A stretch of DNA of 64,000 nt from Octopus bimaculoides (taxonomy: Eukaryota), in contig NC_069001.1 of NCBI RefSeq assembly GCF_001194135.2, positions 22,812,928 to 22,876,927 of the forward strand, in the 5' to 3' direction. Within the stretch, counting starts at the first letter, position 1. The number at the start of each line of letters is the position of its first letter. This document shows, one piece after another, positions 1-12,215 of this stretch. The translations under genes and the position numbers were made by a program. The notes under the pieces are model-generated. The model had not been told where the DNA came from, ran no database searches, and saw only the letters and a list, made by a program, of their open reading frames with translations.

Positions 1-427
1 TAATATGTCTTTTTTTCTACATTTTTTCGTGCAGCTAAAGATTGCTCTTCATATTGCATTTAAGGTAATGCTCACATTACTTAAATAAATTGAAGTAGCA
101 TGAAACGTGCGTACTGCAATCACTTTTGAAATCCGTGTTGCTTATTATTTGATTTTAATCACCCATCCTTTTGGGATGTGATATTCGGGTGCCTTCGCAT
201 AAGTACCATATTCAAGCCTTGAATCTATATCTAAACCGTCTATATATATATATAGGTAAATGATAGGATTGCTTCAATATTTCAGGGGTAGTCTGAAGTA
301 TCCAAGCAACCAGGGCATGTTTAAATCCGGAGGCACTCCTGGGAATTACTTGTGTGGGTACCGTCTTCGTTAGAAGGTATCCAGAGGCAGGTAATTTATT
401 GTTTAAACTGCAGTTTATAATTATAGT

Positions 428-544
428 TATGTGGAGAATGGAGAAACAAATGACTCATTATATAATCTCCACATAATTAAAACAATGGCTAACTAGTCCA
501 GTTGAATTGCCTCTTCTTGTGTTTGTTTCTCCATTCTCCTCATA
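428..544. mobile_element. Short MITE-like element with ~23-bp terminal inverted repeats
   Basis: TATGTGGAGAATGGAGAAACAAA (428-450) is the reverse complement of 522-544 with 1 mismatch; both ends read TA; a related right half recurs at ~29890-29985. Confidence 0.5.
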
Positions 545-561
545 ACTCTATATATATATAT

Positions 562-657
562 ATCATCATCATCATCGTTTAACGTCCGCTTTCCATGCTA
601 GCATGGGTTGGACGATTTGACTGAGGACTGGTGAAACCGGATGGCAACACCAGGCTC
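562..657 (-). mobile_element. RTE-type LINE 3' tail fragment (family C)
   Basis: (CAT)n followed by CGTTTAACGTCCGCTTTCCATGCTAGCATGGG, the reverse complement of the tail at ~19860-19900. Confidence 0.6.
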
Positions 658-996
658 AGAAATTGTGTTCTTTATTTTCAAGTTTCACTCATCAGATTAT
701 GACACTGCCCATGCTGGGTCAATACCTACCAGTATTTCAGTTGATTATACCAGCCTTAGTATTTGTTTGGGACTTTTCCTATTGATTTTAATATGTATCA
801 TGGCAAATCTGACTGAGTATGTTGCAAACGACATAAAAGGAGATAGAACCAAATGCTCAAATCTCATATCATTCCATTCACTAATTAAGCAATTAAAAAA
901 AATAAATTAGAAACTGAAGGGAGAAGTGTAGATTGAAGAGAGTTGTTAACCTAAATATGGTGGATATATTGTCTAATTGTCTTTCTTTTGAGCAAT

Positions 997-1212
997 GTTG
1001 GTTTGAAATTTTGGCAAAAGGCAGGCAATTCTGAGGGAGGGTGTTAGTTGTCAACAACAACCCCATGCTCAACTGGTACTTTATTCATCAACCCCAAAAG
1101 GATGAAAGGCAAAGTTGATCTTGGCAGAATTTAAACTCAGGACATAAGGATGTACACAATGCCTCTAAGCATTTAGTCCAGCAGGAGAATGATTCTGCCA
1201 GCTTAACACCTT
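997..1212 (-). mobile_element. tRNA-derived SINE family B
   Basis: Contains GGATGAAAGGCAAAGTTGA and AATTTAAACTCAG, matching the reverse complement of 18398-18630. Confidence 0.75.
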
Positions 1213-1589
1213 TGTTTTCTGTAATATTACAACTGACTTTGAAAAGAAATAACGTCTTAATTTTATATTCTTTTAAAATTCCAGTAACAATATATAAATA
1301 TTTTGGCTGCATGACAATGCATAGTCATTAAGCCAAGACATTTGCAACACATGGCAACAACTAGAAAAGAAAGAGAGAAAAAGAGGCAACATTTAGGTGT
1401 TTACGTTACCATGTTAAAATCAAAGAACACACTGAATATTATGCAAGGTACACTGTTCCTAAAAAAGCAAGAAGTGGTAGTCATGGTTGAAAGGCCTTTG
1501 ATCATAAGTTTGGTTATACCAGGGACAACTAGAGTCTAACCTTTAACAATAAAAACTAAAAATGGAAAAATACCAGTCATAAACAGACA

Positions 1590-1685
1590 ACTGGAGCCTG
1601 ATGCAGCTCTCTGGCTTACCAATTCCAGTCAAGTAATCTAACCCATGCCAGCATGGAAAATGGACGTCAAATGATGATGATGATT
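1590..1685 (+). mobile_element. RTE-type LINE 3' tail fragment (family C)
   Basis: CCAACCCATGCCAGCATGGAAA-like motif followed by (GAT)n. Confidence 0.55.
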
Positions 1686-2423
1686 ATACTGCTGGAATTC
1701 TCTGTTTATCTGTAACACTAAGGAGTGCCTGAACTCCCATAATTTTGCCTTTTAAATTCCGATGGTCATAGATGATTTAGACCATTATTGTTCATTTGCA
1801 GTGGATAAAATTGATGAATAAACGTATTATGTTCATTTCTGTCAACTAATTTACTCTACCTTCACAAACTTGACATGATCCCTGTTTAAAAGAACCAGCT
1901 TGTCTGCACAAACTGTTAAAAAAGAGAATAACTATTTAATAATTAAAACCATTATCAATGCCTAAAACATATGTGAGTTGTTTAAATACCTGAAGCTGCA
2001 GTTTTTCTTGTTGGAAAAATCTTGTTGAAGATGTATTGTGTTAAAAAACACAATGTACTTCAGAGCAGGGGGAAATGAAATTGTGACCCCCGTGAATCAG
2101 AGTGGCTGTCCTAGCGTATCTCCCTTGCCAACCTCTGGGAAACAACTTTCCCATTTTGTCTACTGGGGCTTTGAGGCAGTCTGACAAACTTTTTTAGATA
2201 TTTCTCTGTTGTGAAGAAGAGGAAAGATAGATGATGTAGGCAGGGCCGTTCACAATTAGGTGCTGAAGTTTAAGTTCCTTCCAATCATTTTGTCTTCCAT
2301 AACTATGATTTAATTTCATAGTATTATTGAGCATGATGAATGATATAAGATTCCTTTAATGTTTGTTGTTTCATTACAGTGTTCATGAGCATGATGTTTA
2401 CAGTACTTCACCATGGTTGCAGC

Positions 2424-2760
2424 TTATTATCATCATCATCATCGTTTAATGTCCGCTTTCCATGCTGGCATGGGTAGGACGGTTTGACAGAGGACTGGTA
2501 AGCCAGAAGGCTGCACTAGTCTCCGGTCTGATCTGGCAAGATTTCTACAGCTGGATGCCCTTCCTAACGCCAACCATTCCGAGAGTGTAGTGGGTGCTTT
2601 TTTATGTGCCACTGGCGTAAGGACCAGTCTGGCAGTACTGGTATTGACCACGCTTGAATGGTACTTTTTATGTGCCTCTGGCATGGGAGCTAGTCAGGTG
2701 GCACTGGCAATGATCATGCTCGAATGTTGCTCTTTACATGCCACCAGCACAGGACCATCA
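2424..2760 (-). mobile_element. RTE-type LINE 3' UTR/tail (family C)
   Basis: (CAT)n then CGTTTAATGTCCGCTTTCCATGCTGGCATGGG ... CTACAGCTGGATGCCCTTCCTAACGCCAACC; homologous to 19510-19905. Confidence 0.75.
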
Positions 2761-2944
2761 GCAAAATAAATTCAAATTATGCCATAGAAGCAATTCTATA
2801 TAGTATACAGCTCTATACTATAAAACTGCTTTCATTGCATAGATCATATTTCATGATTATAATCATTTAAGTATTTAGAGTATAAAATAAATTAAATCCT
2901 AGAGCTCTAAATACTTCTGAGAGTTAGAATTTTTACCAGCATTA

Positions 2945-3215
2945 TAGACCAGTTGTACAGCAAGCTCATGGATTGTGACTGTCAGCACAAATCAATTTGT
3001 TCGCTCATTGGTGACTTGTTTCAACAGTCACAGTTGACGGTCTCCCATGCTGCTGTTTGTTTCCGATGCTGGTTTCCTCTTCTTTGTCCATCTGTGTACA
3101 TTGCTTTGTTAATGGTGTCACCTTTGTAAACAACCAACAAGCTTCTGCAAATATTAGACTGCTTACATTCCTCCTTCAACAAGAGCTAAACGATAACTCA
3201 TCGCTTCTCCTTGAA
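2945..3215 (-). mobile_element. Degenerate mariner transposase N-terminal HTH relic
   Basis: Across frameshifts reads LLKEECKQSNICRSLLVVYKGDTINK / EEETSIGNKQQHGRPSTVTVE / ANKLICAD / TIHELAVQL, resembling the mariner HTH-GRP-HTH region. Confidence 0.7.
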
Positions 3216-3453
3216 TCCATTATTTACCTTATAGGATGGACAGAAAGGTAATTCACTGCAGAGGAGGAGCTACGCTGCCAACGTATGCAATCTGAATGAT
3301 CTATGTAAATTAATAGAAACATTATACCTACTTTTTCATTACTCTCAGCACAATCTTCTTGCCTATGCTTGCACACACACACACACACACACACATACAC
3401 ACACGCACGCACGCACACACGCACGCACACATGCACACACACACACACACACA

Positions 3454-3812
3454 GAGTGGTTGTGTGGTAAGTAGCTTGCTAACCAACCACATGGTTCTAG
3501 GTTCAGTCCTACTGCATGGCATCTTGGGCGAGTGTCTTCTACTATAGTCTCAGGCCTGGTAGATGGAAACTGCAAGAAGCCCGTCGTATATATATATGTG
3601 TGTGTGTGTGCCTGTGTTTGTCCCCCCACCATTGCTTGACAACCTATGCTGGTGTGTTTATGTCCCCGTAACTTAGCGCTTTGACAAAAGAGACCGATAG
3701 AATAAGCACTAGGCTTCCAAAGAATAAGTCCTGGGGTCGATTAGCTTGACTAAAGGTGGTGCTCCAACATGGCCACAGTCAAATGACTGAAACAAGTAAA
3801 AGAATAAAAGAA
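3454..3812 (+). mobile_element. tRNA-derived SINE family A, full length with internal microsatellite
   Basis: Head GTTGTGTGGTAAG..GGTTCAGTCC (A/B-box-like), CTTGGGCGAGTGTCTTCTACTATAG, internal (TA)/(TG)n, tail GACTGAAACAAGTAAAAGA. Confidence 0.85.
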
Positions 3813-3943
3813 CATNNNNNNNNNNNNNNNNNNNNNNNNNNNNNNNNNNNNNNNNNNNNNNNNNNNNNNNNNNNNNNNNNNNNNNNNNNNNNNNNNNNNN
3901 NNNNNNNNNNNNNNNNNNNNNNNNNNNNNNNNNNNNNNNNNNN

Positions 3944-3984
<41 letters not shown>

Positions 3985-4079
3985 TATATCATCATCATTT
4001 ACCATCTGTTTTCCAGACTGGTATGGGTTGGACAGTTTGACAGGAGTTGACTAGGCAGGGGACAGCGCCAGGCTTCACT

Positions 4080-4086
4080 GTATGTA

Positions 4087-4125
<39 letters not shown>

Positions 4126-4312
4126 CCTTGTATTCATCCCCCACCACTGCTTGATGGCCAGTCTTGGTTTGTTTACATTCTCATACTTTACCAGGTCATT
4201 CAAAAAGAAAAGTGATAGAATAAGTACCAGGTTGAAGAAATAAGTTCTGGATTCGATCTTTACAAATAAATCCTTCAAGGTGGTGCCCCAGCATGGCCGC
4301 AATCCAATGACT
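4080..4312 (+). mobile_element. SINE family A, 3' half
   Basis: (TG)n then GATAGAATAAGTACCAGG and CAAGGTGGTGCCCCAGCATGGCC. Confidence 0.7.
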
Positions 4313-4410
4313 CCTGGAAAATTATATATATATAGATATATATATGCGTGTGTTCTTTCATTGTTTTATATGTTTCAGCTCTAAGGCTGTGGCTAGGTTG
4401 GGGCACCACC

Positions 4411-4800
4411 AGGTGCATGCATGGCTATGTGGTAAGAAGTTTGCTTCTTAACCACATGGTTCTGGGTTCAGTCCCACTGCATGGCACCTTGGGTAAGTGT
4501 CTTCTACTATAGTCTTGGGCCAACCAAATCCTTGTAAGTGGATTTGGCAGATGGAAACTGAAAGAAGCTTGTTGTATGTGTGTGTGTGAGTGTCTTTGTG
4601 TCTGTGTTTGTCCCCCACCACTGCTTTGACGTGTGTTTACATCCCCATAATTTAGCAGTTCCACAAAAGAGGTTGATAGAAGAAGTACCAGGCTTAAAAA
4701 GAAAGTACGTACTGGGGTTGATTCATTCGACTAAAATTCTTTGGAGTGGTGCCCCAGCATGGCCACAACCTAATGAATGAAACAAAAGAAAAGATAAAAA
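4411..4800 (+). mobile_element. SINE family A
   Basis: Same head, body and tail order as 3454-3812. Confidence 0.85.
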
Positions 4801-5020
4801 CATATATATATATACATTGCTTTCACACACATATATNNNNNNNNNNNNNNNNNNNNNNNNNNNNNNNNNNNNNNNNNNNNNNNNNNNNNNNNNNNNNNNN
4901 NNNNNNNNNNNNNNNNNNNNNNNNNNNNNNNNNNNNNNNNNNNNNNNNNNNNNNNNNNNNNNNNNNNNNNNNNNNNNNNNNNNNNNNNNNNNNNNNNNNN
5001 NNNNNNNNNNNNNNNNNNNN

Positions 5021-5236
5021 ATGTGTGTTTGTGTGTCTGTGTTTGTCCCCCCACCATCGTTTGACAACCGATGCTGGTGTGTTTACGTCTCCGTAACTTA
5101 GTGGTTCAGCAAAAGAGACCGATAGAATAAGTACTAAGCTTACAAAGAATAAGTCATGGGGTCGATTTTCTCGACTAAAGGCGGTGCTCCAGCATGGCCA
5201 CAGTCAAAATGACTGAAACAAGTAAAAGAGTAAAAG

Positions 5237-5238
<2 letters not shown>
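5021..5238 (+). mobile_element. SINE family A, 3' half (5' part in gap)
   Basis: GTTTGTCCCCCCACCATCGTTTGACAACCGATGCTGG ... GACTGAAACAAGTAAAAGAG. Confidence 0.8.
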
Positions 5239-5293
<55 letters not shown>

Positions 5294-6061
5294 TGTGTGT
5301 GTGCACGTATGCTCTGATAGATAAAAGGCCAGCAAGCATGAACTCATTGTAGGCCTCCAGGACTGATAGGGAAACATTTTACCCCCAATTGTCAGACTGG
5401 ACATCTAGCTTGAATTGTTACAGTAGAGTGAACTCAGCTCAAGGCACCCACAAGTCTGGGGATATTGTTAAATTGGGTGAAAGATTAATGTTACAATTAC
5501 ATTATTCTTAGATTAAACTAACAGAGTGAAATAAACTTGCAAATATGCTGTAAACAATGATTTTTTAAAAAATTCTGACAAGGATGTATGAGTTCTTTAA
5601 AGTATCTGTAAAACTGGATTTGCTGTATATCAGCTCACACAGACAAACATAATTTTGGTGAATTGTCATCCTGTTGTTCATGATTTAGTAATTTCAACTC
5701 CCAAGATACAAGCATTCAATGGCTTTTATAGTATGTGTTCATATTTTAAGTCAACTTGCTTAGTCAGTGAAATAATGTTAATAATAATAATGTTGCATCT
5801 TGTGATTAGCAATGACTAGGTGTCAGATGTAATTATCCCTCAACTAGATCCAACAGTGTGATTTCTTTTAAGATGAAGAAAACTACTCAGACAGGTCTCA
5901 TATAGATTTTGACAGAATTTACTAGAATTCTCCTCTGCTGGAAGAAGCCCATTCCTGCTGCATTACTATATTTAATTGGTAAAGTAGAGTTTGACTGTCT
6001 TCAAATATTCTTCATGTATGAATTATGACATTGCACAATTTAGACACTAAATTCTTCAACC

Positions 6062-6109
<48 letters not shown>

Positions 6110-6381
6110 GTATATAATATATATATGTATTACATAAACATAACACATGCACAGATATATGTACACGCACACAGACACACACACCCACATGCACGCACAC
6201 ACATATGTACACACACAAATACATGGATGTATGTCTGTGTGGAGTGATACAGAGACACAAAGTCACCGCAGATAGATTTATCTTTGAATTTCTTCTGAAC
6301 ATTGTTGTTGTTGTTATTGGGAAAACTTTTCAGTTCTTCTTCGTCATTCCTTTAGTTTCTGTACGGCTTCACACTTTTACA

Positions 6382-6500
6382 ATTTTCTTTAAGAAAATCC
6401 TTGATTGATAAATTCTGAAATTGTTAATATGTCCTTTGAAAAGAGAGAACAGAAAACAAAACACTGTTCAATAAAATGCTAAATGACAGTAAGATAATAT
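6382..6500 (-). repeat. ~120-bp segment present in inverted orientation at 11623-11741
   Basis: Reverse complement aligns by eye at roughly 90% to 11623-11741. Confidence 0.85.
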
Positions 6501-6941
6501 TTATTATCACAAGTGATCACCACTAGATGGTATAATTTATCAGCCAAAGACATCAAAGACTATGTAGGTCTATTTTTATCCAATGCTTTATTGGTTTTAT
6601 TATATTGGTGATGGAGCAGTGGTGCAAGTATAACATCTTGATCTCTGTCCAGAAATGTTTTTTTAAGACAATATATTTATTGTTAAGTACGTCATGTGCA
6701 AATATAAGCAATTGATTTATTAATGTGTGTTGGTTAGAACTAAATAAGTAGAGTGAACGTGAGTACAAGTTTGATTGTGTAGTCTATAAGTTTGATATGC
6801 ACTCATGAGGTGTTGGGTTCAGTAACACTATATGACACATTGGTGTATATATGTACGAGTATGTGTGTATATATATGTATATGCACATGTGTGTGTATAT
6901 ATATACATACATACACACATATATATGCTATATAAATAACA

Positions 6942-6975
<34 letters not shown>

Positions 6976-7699
6976 TGAGACACACAGACAGACAAATACA
7001 AGGGATGGAGAAGCATTTATATGTAGTATTAAATGTTTTATTAAAATATTTTACATAAACATATTTGACAGGGAAACCATAATTATCAATAATTCTTTAC
7101 AGCTGTTTCAAAACTTCTGTGGTTGGTTGATGCAATGTTGTGTATTATACAAACAGTTGTACATACAGGTGTTGCAATAATACACATCAAAAGAAGTAGA
7201 AATTATTATCAACACATAAACCAGATGCATTAACATGTTCAAGCTTTATGTTTTGAAGCACTGAACTTTGCATAAGGAGGATGAGTGGCTGAAAGCCAAT
7301 TCTGTAGTAGTATTTAAGAATGTACAAAGAACAATAGAATAATGGACAAAAAGAGAGATTTTAATAGTGGGGTGGATAGAGAGAAAGCAAAGCATCATGA
7401 GCCAGATCATGTTAGTATAATCAAGAACAAGTGTGTAGGGAAAAGAAAAATATATAAAAGGAAAGAATGAAGAGATAAAAAAATTAGGAAATAGATGAGA
7501 GTGTTATTTAGTCTGTAAGAGGCAGATTAGTCAAGACACATCATGGATTTATTAATAATTTTATTAGTTGTTTTGATAGTAATATTGATAAGTTGGGAAA
7601 AATAGGAATGCAAGCAGCAATATCATTATCACTACAAGTGACTTAACACATGATATGAATAAATTTAATTCTAGAGTCCTAACAATTGTCATATGTATG

Positions 7700-8260
7700 T
7701 TCCTTTCAAAGCAATGTCTCATTGCAGTGAGGATGGCTGGTGCACAATAATGCTGTTGAGGGGAAGACCCCAAAACAGCATGCATTCTCTCTTGAAGCTC
7801 CATAAGCTTGCTAGTGTCTAATGTGCAGAGCTTTCAACTGAGAGCACTTGTATCTGCAACTTGTTTGCAAATAATATTTTAAAAAATATCGATGCACTTT
7901 ACATACTGGACCTTGCACTGATTTCTCCTTGGCTCATGACAGTTCATTTCTAATATCATATGCAAATCTTGCCATTAACAAATTTTATACATCATCACTA
8001 GGCTAACATTTCCTATGATATTAAATGGTCTATTCTTATGACTGAAAGAACTTAAGCTATTGACCACACTGCATGCAATCTGTATAGCAGGGAATGTCTT
8101 GAAATATTACAGGAGAAAAAGGTTCTTCTTAATAAACAGTGTGCTGCAATTACATTCTGCAGTCATCCAGTTTTTCAGAACATTTAGTCTTTACCATGGA
8201 TTAATGTGTTCCAGTCGTCTTAGTATTCTGATCTAACATACTCGTCCTAGCTTTTATGTG
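7700..8260 (-). mobile_element. Possible PIF/Harbinger transposase relic
   Basis: Scattered motifs in the expected order: DEYVR, TDCMQ (cf. IDCMHW), HKNRP, ENACCFGV (cf. DVECCFGV); many stops and frameshifts. Confidence 0.4.
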
Positions 8261-9240
8261 CCATTCTTCATCTATTTAACACATATCAACATAGCTTAGT
8301 TAGAATAATGAAATACCTTTATTCTTATGATATTTTAAAGTCTTCATATAATGTTATATTGTTTTTAGCCTGTTCTTATACATTTACAACATAACCCTTT
8401 CTTTTTCTTATTTTTTTATTTCATTGTTCTTAATTTTTAATCCTTTACATTTTCTTGCGTCACTTGTTTTATCTCCATGCTTGAATGCTTATACTGTATT
8501 AAGACCATAAAAATGTCGTTTTCTCATTCACATAATAGAAGATACCTAATTATCTTTTCCCCTTCTTTCTTCCTTATTTTGCTTTCTTTTATTAAATCCT
8601 CTTTGATCTACCCTCTCTATTCTGATTTCCTTAAATTTAGATTTAACATGTCTTCACTATTCTGATCCTAACCAACTAAATGTCCATTTCTTCAATACCC
8701 TGTTGTTTTTTTTTTAATTTCTTCTTTCTTCCTTTTTACTTATACATTCCCTACTTTTTGACCTCAATTTTAAAAGCAGGACCTTACTCTTGATCTCATA
8801 GCCTTTCTTCTCTCCTGCAATCCACCCTATCATTACTAATCTCCCTCTTCCTTCTTTATTTTATTAATCCTCATATGATCTTAGCTATTTGGATTACTGT
8901 TACAGAATTTGCATTCTGCTACTTATCCTTCTGATGAAAAGATTCTGGGCTTCAACCCTTCCAGTTTGACCATATTACTATATCATGTTTATGTGCTGAT
9001 AATATTTCTTTTTTTATGTGTATTATTGCAACATTATGTCCATTTGTTTTAGTAATACACATTATTGCATCAATCAACCACTGAATTTTCGAAATGACTG
9101 TAAACATATCAAAGACCAACTACTGGTCTTCCCAATATGTTTGTGCTTATGTAACATCTTTTTATGTAAATAATAAATTGAAATAATATACATCTTTTGT
9201 TTCTTTCCTGCTTCTGCTATACATTTCTTATAATCAACTC

Positions 9241-9377
9241 TTATTTACATTTGACAGATATTTGTCCTCATCTTGTTTGTTGTTAACACAACGTTTCGGC
9301 TAATATACCCTCCAGCCTTCATCAGGCGTCTCGGGGAAATTTCGAATCTGAGTTATCATTCCTAAGGTATTTTCCGA

Positions 9378-9418
<41 letters not shown>

Positions 9419-9437
9419 TCACTGCCTGGAATCGAAT
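9241..9437 (-). mobile_element. 5'-truncated tRNA-head/(AAT)n/hammerhead-tail SINE-like element
   Basis: Reverse complement reads TTCGATTCCAGGCAGTGACCTG-(AAT)n-CATCGGAAAATACCTTAGGAATG...CTGATGAAGGCTGGAGGGTATATTAGCCGAAACGTTG; same architecture as 56401-56688. Confidence 0.8.
9285..9330 (-). ncRNA. Minimal type-I hammerhead ribozyme motif
   Basis: GACGC-CUGAUGA-A-GGCUG(10-nt loop)UAGCC-GAAAC-GUU-GUGUU: core boxes with helix I and helix II pairing. Confidence 0.65.
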
Positions 9438-9629
9438 ATTTTCCTCTCCTTCCTTAATACCGGTTCCCATATGCTGCTCATACCTGCACTTGGTCTGCTT
9501 AGGAGGTTGTTGTGTCCTAGCATATTTGCTGCTTCTTTTAGTTTTCATATTTTCCAATGGTGTTCTATGTCTATTATTTTAACTTCATCTTTCAAGGGGT
9601 GGTGGTCCCCATTTTTCCATATCTCTCTG

Positions 9630-9707
<78 letters not shown>

Positions 9708-9711
<4 letters not shown>

Positions 9712-9868
9712 GGTGTAGCTGTGTGGTAAGAAGCTTCTTTCCCAACCACATGGTTCTGGGTTCAATCCCACAGCATGGCACCTTAGACAAGTGTCTTCTA
9801 CTATAGTTTTGGGCCAACCAAAACCTTGTGAATGGATTTGGTAGATGGAAACTGAAAGAAGCCTGTTG

Positions 9869-9921
<53 letters not shown>

Positions 9922-10142
9922 TTATGCATGTGTGTATTTGTGTCTGTATTCTCCACCATATTACTGCTTGACAACCAGTGCTGGTGTGTTTACATCCCTG
10001 TAATTTAGTGGTCCGGCAAAAAAAAGAAAAACAATAGAATAAGTGCAAAACTTAAAAAAAAAAGTCCTGAGGTTGATTTGTTCAAGTAAAACTCTTCAGG
10101 GCAATGCTCCAGCATGGGTATAGTCAAATGACTGAATCAAGT
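9708..10142 (+). mobile_element. SINE family A
   Basis: Full head, body and tail with internal (TA)(TG)n. Confidence 0.85.
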
Positions 10143-10829
10143 AATACACACACATACACACACACACAAACAAACACATACACATATAGAAATGCACAAA
10201 CATACTTTTTTCAATGTATATGAATGAAGGATATAAAATATTGACAAGAATACAACAGCAAAAAATAATCAAAGCATGCTTACAATTAAAAATAGCCTTT
10301 GTGGTATTTGTTCAGCCTCAACATTAACAAACTATCCCTTTTCCTTCTCACTACCTGAAATACAGTGAACCAATATATGGCTTTCTGTCAATCCACAACC
10401 GACAGTACTATTGCTTAAAAATCTGATTTAAAAAAATAACTCTGATTTATAAAATTATCTATAAACATATAAGATGGGTTAACAAACTACAATGGTACAC
10501 TCCCACACTTTATTCCACATCAAAAGAGAAACGTCTGAAAAAGATGACTTCAAAATCGATATTGCTCAAGCATTGACACAATATCATTTTTTCCCCATAA
10601 ATCTATGGTATATACAATCTGTAGATTCTGCTTTTTGAATTGGTCGATTTTATATCATCATTAATAGATCCTGACACCAACCACTTTACAGTGTGCACTG
10701 AATACTTTTTTATGTTGCCAGCATTAGTGAGGTCACCATGCAGCCTGCAACACTATGAACTCAAGAGAGGTTAGCTTTATGTTGGGAGATGAAAGAAGGG
10801 GGCCAGAACAGAACAGGTTTCTTGTAGTA

Positions 10830-11432
10830 CTTTTTGCTTTCTTGCCTTTAACCCTCCAACGCGGAGTATAGGCCACGTATAATTGAATTCCATGTCGCAT
10901 AATTTTTTGCTTCTGTACTTATACTCTGCCATGAATGTCCTCCTTTCTCTAGTTCCTTTTATGTTGATCTACGCCACGAGTTCTTAGGCCTACCCCTCTT
11001 TCTATATCCATCTGGATTCCACTGTAAAGCACTTTTCGCTACATTTGGTGTGTCTTTTCTGATTGTGCTACCAATCCACTTCCACTTTCTTTTAAATATT
11101 TGCTCTCTAATCAGAACTTGATTCGTTCTTTGCCATAGCTCCATATTGCTTATGTGTTCGGGTCATCTGATTTTAAGTATACTACGCAAGCACCTGTTGA
11201 TGAATGATTGTATTTGCTTATTTGACTTAACTGTTGTTCGCCATGTCTCAGCCCCATACAATAACACCGCTTTTATGTTAGTGTTAAAAATTCTTATTTT
11301 GTTCTTTATTGAAATTACACTTGCACTCCATACATTTTTTAACAGGTGGAAAGCGGTCCTTGCCTTACTTATTCTCGTCTTAATATCTTCGTTGGTGCCA
11401 CCTGAGAACATTATCTTACTACCTAGATACAG
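10830..11432 (-). mobile_element. 5'-truncated RTE-clade LINE (RT C-terminus)
   Basis: YLGSKIMFSGGTNEDIKTRISKARTAFHLLKNVW...VLLYGAETW...RCLRSILKIR*PEHISNMELW...KWKWIG...RKRGRPKNSWRR, hallmark RTE C-terminal motifs. Confidence 0.9.
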
Positions 11433-11489
11433 GATTTACATAACAAATCTCATTTTAGAAGAGAGGGTGTGAGCGATTGAGTGTGATAG

Positions 11490-11622
11490 ATAGTCCTTTC
11501 AACTAAAGGCAAAAAGCCTGAGATTTTGGAGGAGGAGACTGGTCAATTACATCGACCCCAGTGTTTCACTGGTATCTAATTTATCAACTCCGAAAGGCAA
11601 AGTTGACCTCAAATGAATTTGA
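11490..11622 (-). mobile_element. SINE family B, 3' fragment
   Basis: CTACTAAAGGC-like end, ACATCGACCCCAGTG, GAAAGGCAAAGTTGACCTC. Confidence 0.65.
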
Positions 11623-11741
11623 ATATTATCCTACTGTCATTTAGCATTTTATTGAACACTGTTTTGTTTTCTGTTCTCTCTTTTCAAAGGACATTTCATC
11701 AATTTTAGAATTTATCAATCAAGGATTTTCTTTAAGAAAAT
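11623..11741 (+). repeat. Inverted copy of 6382-6500, followed by 3 tandem TTTAAGAAAAT units
   Basis: Direct sequence comparison; contains TTCTGTTCTCTCTTTTCAAAG|G, an acceptor-like site. Confidence 0.85.
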
Positions 11742-11899
11742 CCTTTTAAGAAAATTCTTTAAGAAAATCCCTCTAATAGGCTTATGCCTTGTTAGAGTAC
11801 CATTAATGGTTCATCACTAAAGTAGCCCTGAAGAAATAGTTATGTCACTTCATGCAAGTTTAGCAGTTTTCTACAATACTGAGAAGAGAAGGCTTCTTC

Positions 11900-12215
11900 C
11901 TGGTGTGTGGCTTAGTGGTTAGGGGTATTCAACTCATTATTATAAGGTCATGAGTTCAATACCTTGTGATGCATTGTATCCTTGAGCAAGATACTTTACT
12001 TCATGTTGCTCCAATCCATTCAGCTCGCAAAAATTAGTTCTACATGTATTTCAAAGAGCCAGCCTTGTTACATTGTTTCGAGCTGAATCTCCCTGAGAAC
12101 TACATTAAAGCTATGCATGTGTGTGGAGTGCTCAGCCACTTACAAGTTGATTTTATGAACTGGCTGTTCTATTGATTAGATCAACTGGAACACTTGTCAT
12201 CACAACCAAAGGAGT
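11900..12215 (+). mobile_element. tRNA-derived SINE family D (CORE-like central block)
   Basis: Head TGGCTTAGTGG...GAGTTCAATACC, then CCTTGAGCAAGATACTTTACTTCATG; related pieces at 48900-49050 (-) and 58805-59110 (+). Confidence 0.6.

Noticed and set aside
641-910. 89-aa ORF with a hydrophobic stretch
   Set aside because: It starts inside an RTE tail, includes SINE-like sequence and has no recognisable homology.
3224-5404. Many ORFs rich in HT, CV, YI or X
   Set aside because: They are translations of (CA)n, (TA)n, SINE A and N gaps; the same applies to most ORFs in the track.
5930-5975. YSNAAG as a Ric-8-like motif
   Set aside because: Too short, the context does not match and there are no splice sites.
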